A stretch of 64,000 nt of DNA from the human T2T-CHM13v2.0 reference genome, Homo sapiens, in the NCBI RefSeq assembly GCF_009914755.1, contig NC_060933.1; one strand, 5' to 3'. The notes beneath the pieces were generated by a model. The model was not told the DNA's origin. It worked only from the letters and a program-made list of their open reading frames with translations, and searched no databases. Position 1 is the first letter of the stretch. The number at the start of each line of letters is the position of its first letter. Shown in pieces: positions 56,086-64,000 of the stretch. The translations under genes and the position numbers were made by a program.

Positions 56086-59000
56086 ATTCCACTCCATTCC
56101 GTTCCATTCCATTCCATTCCATTGTATGCGGGTTAATTCCATTCCATTCCATTCCATTCCATTCCATTCCATTCCATTCCATTCCATTACAATCGAGTTG
56201 ATTCCATTCCATTCCATTCCATTCCATTCCATTCCATTCCAGTCCTTTCCATTCCATTCCACTCGGGTTGATTCCATTCTATTAGTTTCCATTCCATTCC
56301 ATTCCCTTCCATTCCACTCTGGTTGATTCCATTCCTTTCCATTCCACTCGAATACATTCCCTCCTATTCCACTCGGAACGATTCCATTTCATTCCATTCC
56401 ATTCCATTCCATTCCATTCCAGTTCGTTCCATTCCATTCTATTCCGTACCATTCCATTCCATTCCTTTCCTTTCCATTCCATTCTTTTCCACTCGTGTTA
56501 ATTCCATTCCTTTCCATTCCATTCGGTTTGAAGGCATTCCATTCCATTCAATTCCATTCCATTCCATTCTATTCAATTCCATTCTATTCCATTCCATTGC
56601 AATCGAGTTGAATCCATTGCCTTTCATTCCATTCCATTCCATTCCATTCCATTCCGGAAGATTCCATTCCAATCCATTCCATTCCATTCCATTCCCCTGC
56701 ACTCGCGTTGATTCCATTCCATTCCATTCCATTCCATTCCGTTCCGTTCCATTCCATTCCATTCCATTCCATTCCATTCCGTTCCGTTCCATTCCATTCC
56801 ATTCTATTCGGGTTAATTCCATTCCATTCCATTCGATTGCCATCGAGTTGATTCCATTCCATTCCATTCCATTCCATTCCATTCCATTCCATTCCATTCC
56901 TTTCCATTCCTTTCCATTCCATTACGGATGACTCCATTCCATTGCATTCCATTCCATTCCATTCCCCTGCACTCGTGTTGATTCCATTCCATTCCATTCC
57001 ATTCCATTCCATTCCATTCCGTTCCATTCCATTCCATTCCATTCTATTCCGGTTAATTCCATTCCATTCCATTCCATTCCATTCCATTCCATTGCAATCG
57101 AGTTGTTTCCATTCCATTCCTTTCCATTCCATTCCATTGCCTTGCATTCCACTCGGGTTGATTCCATTCCCTTCTTTCCACTCCATTACATTCCCTTCCA
57201 TTCCACTCGGAATGATTGATTCCATTGCATTCCATTCCATTACATTCCATTGCAATCCATTCCAATCCATTCCATTCCATTCCATTCCACTCGAGTTGAC
57301 TTCATTCCATTCCTTTCCATTCCATTCCATTCCTTTCCACTCGAGTTGATTCCATTCCATTCCAATCCATTGCATTCCATTCCATGCCATTCCACTCGGG
57401 TTGATTCCTTTCCTTTGCATTCCATTCCATTCCATTCCATTGCATTCCATTCCATTCCATTCCGTTGCATTCCATTCCATTACATTCGGATTGATTCTAT
57501 TCAACTCCCTTACTCTCCATTACATTCTATTCCATTCGGGTTGTTCCATTCCATTCCATTCCATTCCATTCCATTCAATTCCATTCCATTACAATTCGTT
57601 CCATTCCATTCTATTCCGTACCATTCCATTCCATTCCATACCATTCCATTCCATTCCATTCCGTTCCATTCCGTTCCATTCCATTCCATTCCATTCTATT
57701 CGGTTTAATTCCGTTCCATTCCATTCCATCCCATTCTATTACATTCCATTGCAATCGAGTTGAATCCATTGCATTTCATTCCATTCCATTCCATTCCATT
57801 CCATTCCGGAAGATTCTATTCCATTGCATTCCATTCCATTCCATTCCCCTGCACTCGCGTTGATTCCATTCCATTCCATTCCATTCCATTCCATTCCATT
57901 CCATTCCATTCCGTTCCGTTCCATTCCATTCCATTCCATTCCATTCCGTTCCGTTCCGTTCCATTCCATTCTATTCCATTCTATTCGGGTTAATTCCATT
58001 CCATTCCATTCGATTGCAATCGTGTTGATTCCATTCCATTCCATTCCATTCCATTCCATTCCATTCCATTCCATTCGATTCCTTTCCATTCCATTACGGA
58101 TGATTCCATTCCATTGCATTCCATTCCATTCCATTCCCCTGTACTCGGGTTGATTCCATTCCATTGCATTCCAATCCATGCCCTTCCACTCGTGTTGATT
58201 CCATTCTTTCCATTCCATTCAAGTTGAATCCATTCCATTGCATTCCATTCCATTCGATTCCATTCGATTGCACTCGGGTTGATTCCATTCCATTGCATTG
58301 CATTCCATTCCATTCCGTTCCGTTCCATTCCATTCCATTACATTCGGATAGATTCTATTCAATTCCCTTACACTCCATTACATTCCATTCCATTCGGGTA
58401 GTTTCCATTCCATTCCATTCCATTCCTCTCCATTCCATTGCAATCGGGTTGATTCCATTCCATTGCATTCCATTCCATTCCATTCAATTCCAGTCCGTTC
58501 CATTCCATTCCATTACATTCGGATTGATTCTATTCAACTCCCTTACTCTCCATTACATTCTATTCCATTCGGGTTGTTCCATTCCATTCCATTCCGTTCC
58601 ACTCCATTCCATTGCACTCGGGTTTATTCCATTCCATTCCATTCCATTCCATTCCATTCCATTCCATTCCGGACGATTCCATTCCATTGCATTCCATTCC
58701 ATTCCATTCCAATCGAGTTGATTCCATTCCATTCCATTCCATTCCATTCCACTCCATTCCAGTCCTTTCCATTCCATTCCACTCGGGTTGATTCGAATGT
58801 ATTCCTTTCCATTCCATTCCATTCCATTGCAATCGAGTTGATTCCATTGCTTAGCATTCCATTCCATTCCATTCCATTCCGGATGATTCCATTCCATTGC
58901 ATTCCATTCCATTCCATTCCCCTGCACTCGGGTTGATTCCATTCCATTCCACTGCATTCCGTTACATTCCATTCCATTCCATTGTATTCGGGTTAATTCC

Positions 59001-62000
59001 ATTCCATTCCATTCAATTATATTCCGTTCCATTCCATTCCATTCCATTCCATTACAAACGAGTTGATTCCATTCCATTGCATTCCATTCCATTCCATTCC
59101 ATTCCATTCCAGTCCTTTCCATTCCATTCCACTCGGGTTGATTCCATTCCATTAGTTTCCATTCCATTCCATTCCCTTCCATTCCACTCTGGTTGATTCC
59201 ATTCCTTTCCATTCCACTCGTATACATTCCCTCCTATTCCACTCGGAACGATTCCATTCCATTCCATTCCATTCCATTCCATTCCGTTCCATTCCATTCC
59301 ATTCCAGTTCATTCCATTCCGTTCTATTCCGTACCATTCCATTCCATTCCATTCCTTTCCATTCCATTCCTTTCCACTCGTGTTGATTCCATTCCTTTCC
59401 ATTCCATTCGGTTTGAAGGCATTCCATTCCATTCAATTCCATTCCATTCCATTCCATTCCATTCCATTCTATTCCATTCCATTGCAATCGAGTTGAATCC
59501 ATTGCCTTTCATTCCATTCCATTCCATTCCATTCCGGAATATTCCATTCCATTCCATTCCATTCCTTTCCATTCCATTCCGTTCCGTTCCATTCCATTCC
59601 ATTCCATTCCATTCGGGTTAATTCCATTCCATTCCATTCCATTGCCATCGAGTTGATTCCATTCCATTCCATTCCATTCCATTCCATTCCATTCCATTCC
59701 TTTCCATTCCATTACGGATGACTCCATTCCATTGCATTCCATTCCATTCCATTCCCCTGTACTCGGGTTGATTCCATTCCTTTCCATTCTACTCCATTCG
59801 GTTCTGTTGCATTCCATTCTATTGCATTCCATCCATTCGGGTTAATTCCATTCCATTCTATTCCATTCCATTCCATTCCATTCCATTGCAATGGAGTTGA
59901 TTCCATTCCATTCCATTCCATTCCGGATGATTCCATTCCATTGCATTCCATTCCATTCCATTCCCCTGCACTCGTGTTGATTCCATTCCCTTCCATTCCA
60001 TTCCATTGCGTTCCATTCCATTCCATTCCATTCTATTCCGGTTAATTCCATTCCATTCTATTCCATTCCATTCCATTCCGTTGCAATCGAGTTGATTCCA
60101 TTCCATTCCTTTCCATTCCATTCCATTGCCTTGCATTCCACTCGGGTTGATTCCATTGCCTTCTTTCCACTCCATTTCATTCCCTTCCATGATTGATTCC
60201 ATTCCATTCCATTCCATTTCATTCCATTGCAATCCATTCCAATCCATTCCATTCCATTCCATTCCACTCGAGTTGACTTCATTCCATTCCTTTCCATTCC
60301 ATTCCATTCTTTTCCACTCGAGTTGATTCCATTCCTTTCCAATCCATTGCATTCCATTCCATGCCATTCCACTCGGGTTGATTCCATTCCTTTGCATTCC
60401 ATTCCATTCCATTCCATTCCATTCCGTTGCATTCCATTCCATTACATTCGGATTGATTCTATTCAACTCCCTTACTCTCCATTACATTCCATTCCATTCG
60501 GGTTTTTCCATTCCATTCCATTCCATTCCACTCCATTCAATTGCACTCGGGTTGATTCCATTCCATTCCACTCCATTCCGTTCCATTCCATTCCATTCCA
60601 TTGTATGCGGGTTAATTCCATTCCATTCCATTCCATTCCATTCCATTCCATTCCATTCCATTCCATTACAATCGAGTTGATTCCATTCCATTCCATTCCA
60701 TTCCATTCCATTCCATTCCAGTCCTTTCCATTCCATTCCACTCGGGTTGATTCCATTCTATTAGTTTCCATTCCATTCCATTCCCTTCCATTCCACTCTG
60801 GTTGATTCCATTCCTTTCCATTCCACTCGAATACATTCCCTCCTATTCCACTCGGAACGATTCCATTTCATTCCATTCCATTCCATTCCATTCCAGTTCG
60901 TTCCATTCCATTCTATTCCGTACCATTCCATTCCATTCCTTTCCTTTCCATTCCATTCTTTTCCACTCGTGTTGATTCCATTGCTTTCCATTCCATTCGG
61001 TTTGAAGGCATTCCATTCCATTCAATTCCATTCCATTCCATTCTATTCAATTCCATTCTATTCCATTCCATTGCAATCGAGTTGAATCCATTGCCTTTCA
61101 TTCCATTCCATTCCATTCCATTCCATTCCGGAAGATTCCATTCCAAACCATTCCATTCCATTCCATTCCCCTGCACTCGCGTTGATTCCATTCCATTCCA
61201 TTCCATTCCATTCCGTTCCGTTCCATTCCATTCCATTCCATTCCATTCCATTCCGTTCCGTTCCATTCCATTCCATTCTATTCGGGTTAATTCCATTCCA
61301 TTCCATTCGATTGTCATCGAGTTGATTCCATTCCATTCCATTCCATTCCATTCCATTCCATTCCATTCCTTTCCATTCCTTTCCATTCCATTACGGATGA
61401 CTCCATTCCATTGCATTCCATTCCATTCCATTCCCCTGTACTCGGGTTGATTCCATTCCATTCCATTCCACTCCATTCGGTTCCGTTGCATTCCATTCTA
61501 TTGCATTCCATTCTATTCGGGTTAATTCCATTCCATTCTATGCCATTCCATTCCATTCCATTCCATTGCAATGGAGTTGATTCCATTCCATTCCATTCCA
61601 TTCCGGATGATTCCATTCCATTGCATTCCATTCCATTCCATTCCCCTGCACTCGTGTTGATTCCATTCCATTCCATTCCATTCCATTCCATTCCATTCCG
61701 TTCCATTCCATTCCATTCCGTTCTATTCCGGTTAATTCCATTCCATTCCATTCCATTCCATTCCATTCCATTGCAATCGAGTTGTTTCCATTCCATTCCT
61801 TTCCATTCCATTCCATTGCCTTGCATTCCACTCGGGTTGATTCCATTCCCTTCTTTCCACTCCATTACATTCCCTTCCATTCCACTCGGAATGATTGATT
61901 CCATTGCATTCCATTCCATTACATTCCATTGCAATCCATTCCAATCCATTCCATTCCATTCCATTCCACTCGAGTTGACTTCATTCCATTCCTTTCCATT

Positions 62001-63240
62001 CCATTCCATTCCTTTCCACTCGAGTTGATTCCATTCCATTCCAATCCATTGCATTCCATTCCATGCCATTCCACTCGGGTTGATTCCATTCCTTTGCATT
62101 CCATTCCATTCCATTCCATTGCATTCCATTCCATTCCATTCCGTTGCATTCCATTCCATTACATTCGGATTGATTCTATTCAACTCCCTTACTCTCCATT
62201 ACTTTCCATTCCATTCGGGTTGTTCCATTCCATTCCATTCCATTCCATTCCATTCCATTGCACTCGGGTTGATTCCATTCCATTCCATTCCATTCCATTC
62301 CATTCCGGATGATTGCATTCCATTGCATTCCGTTCCATTACATTCCCCTGCACTCGCGTTGATTCCATTCCATTCCATTCCATTCCATTCAATTCCATTC
62401 CATTACAATTCGTTCCATTCCATTCTATTCCGTACCATTCCATTCCATACCATTCCATTCCATTCCATTCCGTTCCATTCCGTTCCATTCCATTCCATTC
62501 CATTCTATTCGGTTTAATTCCGTTCCATTCCATTCCATCCCATTCTATTACATTCCATTGCAATCGAGTTGAATCCATTGCATTTCATTCCATTCCATTC
62601 CATTCCATTCCATTCCGGAAGATTCCATTGCATTGCATTCCATTCCATTCCATTCCCCTGCACTCGCGTTGATTCCATTCCATTCCATTCCATTCCATTC
62701 CATTCCATTCCATTCCGTTCCGTTCCGTTCCGTTCCATTCCATTCCATTCCATTCCATTCCGTTCCGTTCCGTTCCATTCCATTCTATTCCATTCTATTC
62801 GGGTTAATTCCATTCCATTCCATTCGATTGCAATCGTGTTGATTCCATTCCATTCCATTCCATTCCATTCCACTCCATTCCAGTCCTTTCCATTCCATTC
62901 CACTCGGGTTGATTCCAATGTATTCCTTTCCATTCCATTCCATTCCATTGCAATCGAGTTGATTCCATTGCTTAGCATTCCATTCCATTCCATTCCATTC
63001 CGGATGATTCCATTCCATTGCATTTCATTCCTTTCCATTCCGGATGATTCCATTCCATTGCATTCCATTCCATTCCATTCCCCTGCACTCGGGTTGATTC
63101 CATTCCATTCCACTGCATTCCGTTACATTCCATTCCATTCCATTGTATTCGGGTTAATTCCATTCCATTCCATTCAATTATATTCCGTTCCATTCCATTC
63201 CATTCCATTCCATTACAAACGAGTTGATTCCATTCCATTC
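55950..63240 (-). repeat. Degenerate tandem duplication of a ~4.5 kb unit (second copy starts ~60430, partial, with internal indels)
   Basis: ORF-track matches 55993/60472 (offset 4479) and 57250/61929 (offset 4679). Shared private variants TTGTATGCGGG, GAGTTGTTTCC, GGTTTAATTCCG, GCTTAGCATT, CAATTATATTCCG and ACAAACGAG. Confidence 0.8.
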
Positions 63241-64000
63241 CATTCCATTCCATTCCATTCCATTCCATTCCATTCCATTGTACTCGGGTTGATTCCATTC
63301 CATTGCATTCCATTCCATTCCATTCCATTCCATTCCATTCCATTCCATTCCATTCCGGATGATTCCATTCCATTGCATTCCGTTCCATTACGTTCCCCTG
63401 CACTCGGGTTGATTCCATTCCACTCCTTTCCATTCCATTCAATTCCATTCCATTACAATTCGTTCCATTCCATTCTATTCCGTACCATTACATTGCATTC
63501 CATACCATTCCATTCCATTCCCTTCCATTCCATTCCATTCCGTTCCATTCCATTCCATTCCATTCCATTCCATTCCATTCCATTCTATTCGGATTAATTC
63601 CATTCCATTCCATTCCATTCCATTCTATTCCATTCCATTGCAATCGAGTTGAATCCATTGCATTTCATTCCATTCCATTCCATTCCGGAAGATTCCATTC
63701 CATTGCATTCCATTCCATTCCATTCCCCTGCACTCGCGTTGATTCCATTCCATTCCATTCCATTCCATTCCGTTCCATTCCGTTCCATTCCATTCCATTC
63801 CATTCCATTCCGTTCCGTTCCATTCCATTCCATTCCATTCCATTCTATTCGGGTTAATTCCATTCCATTCCATTCGATTGCAATCGAGTTGATTCCATTC
63901 CATTCCATTCCATTCCATTCCATTCCATTCCATTCCATTCCATTCCTTTCCATTCCATTACGGATGATTCCATTCCATTGCATTCCATTCCATTCCATTC

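Larger units (their letters stand above)
35253..64000 (-). repeat. Satellite 3 (HSat3/SatIII) array, inverted orientation ((ATTCC)n on +)
   Basis: Same pentamer and modules, reverse-complemented (CTCGGGTTGATTCC, AATCGAGTTGATTCC, CAACTCCCTTACTCTCC, GGTTTGAAGGC), through to the window end. Confidence 0.97.

Noticed and set aside
1-64000. Hundreds of ORFs (MEWNG- and FHSIP-repeat proteins, up to 431 aa)
   Set aside because: Three pentamers encode MEWNG or FHSIP in every frame without stops. ORFs overlap in all six frames and end at random variants, with no domain, codon or splice evidence.
1-64000. CRISPR-like array (recurring motifs with intervening sequence)
   Set aside because: The intervening sequence is low-complexity pentamer repeat rather than unique constant-length spacers, and there are no cas genes.
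1-64000. HSat2, alpha satellite or telomeric repeat
   Set aside because: CATTCGATTC is rare and confined to one module, and there is no 171-bp monomer or TTAGGG tract.
1-64000. Transposon insertion (Alu, L1, LTR) or unique-sequence island
   Set aside because: No stretch leaves the pentamer-derived pattern for more than ~40 bp; no poly(A) tail or target-site duplication was seen.

Overview
The whole 64 kb window is a degenerate (GGAAT)n/(ATTCC)n pentamer satellite, interspersed with CAACCCGAG-type decamers and a small set of longer recurring modules. This is the signature of classical human/great-ape Satellite 3 (HSat3, SatIII) pericentromeric heterochromatin, possibly the chr9q12-type array (assignment from memory, needs alignment). 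I see no genuine gene, RNA gene, transposon or CRISPR array. All listed ORFs are artefacts of the pentamer, which reads as MEWNG or FHSIP with few stops. The main structure is one sharp strand switch at ~35,253-35,257: GGAAT on + to the left, ATTCC on + to the right. The breakpoint has a 5-bp microhomology (ACTCG), a 12-bp perfect inverted repeat, a 100-bp deletion plus clustered substitutions on the left, and a 30-bp duplication on the right. Other structure includes perfect three-unit heat-shock elements built into one module (about 30-35 by eye), a near-identical ~2.5-2.7 kb tandem triplication (38.4-46.3 kb), a ~4.5 kb degenerate duplication, smaller local duplications, and CpG-dense (GGAAC)n tracts. 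I cannot support a new protein-based biological system here; the interesting signals concern satellite architecture and possible noncoding function.
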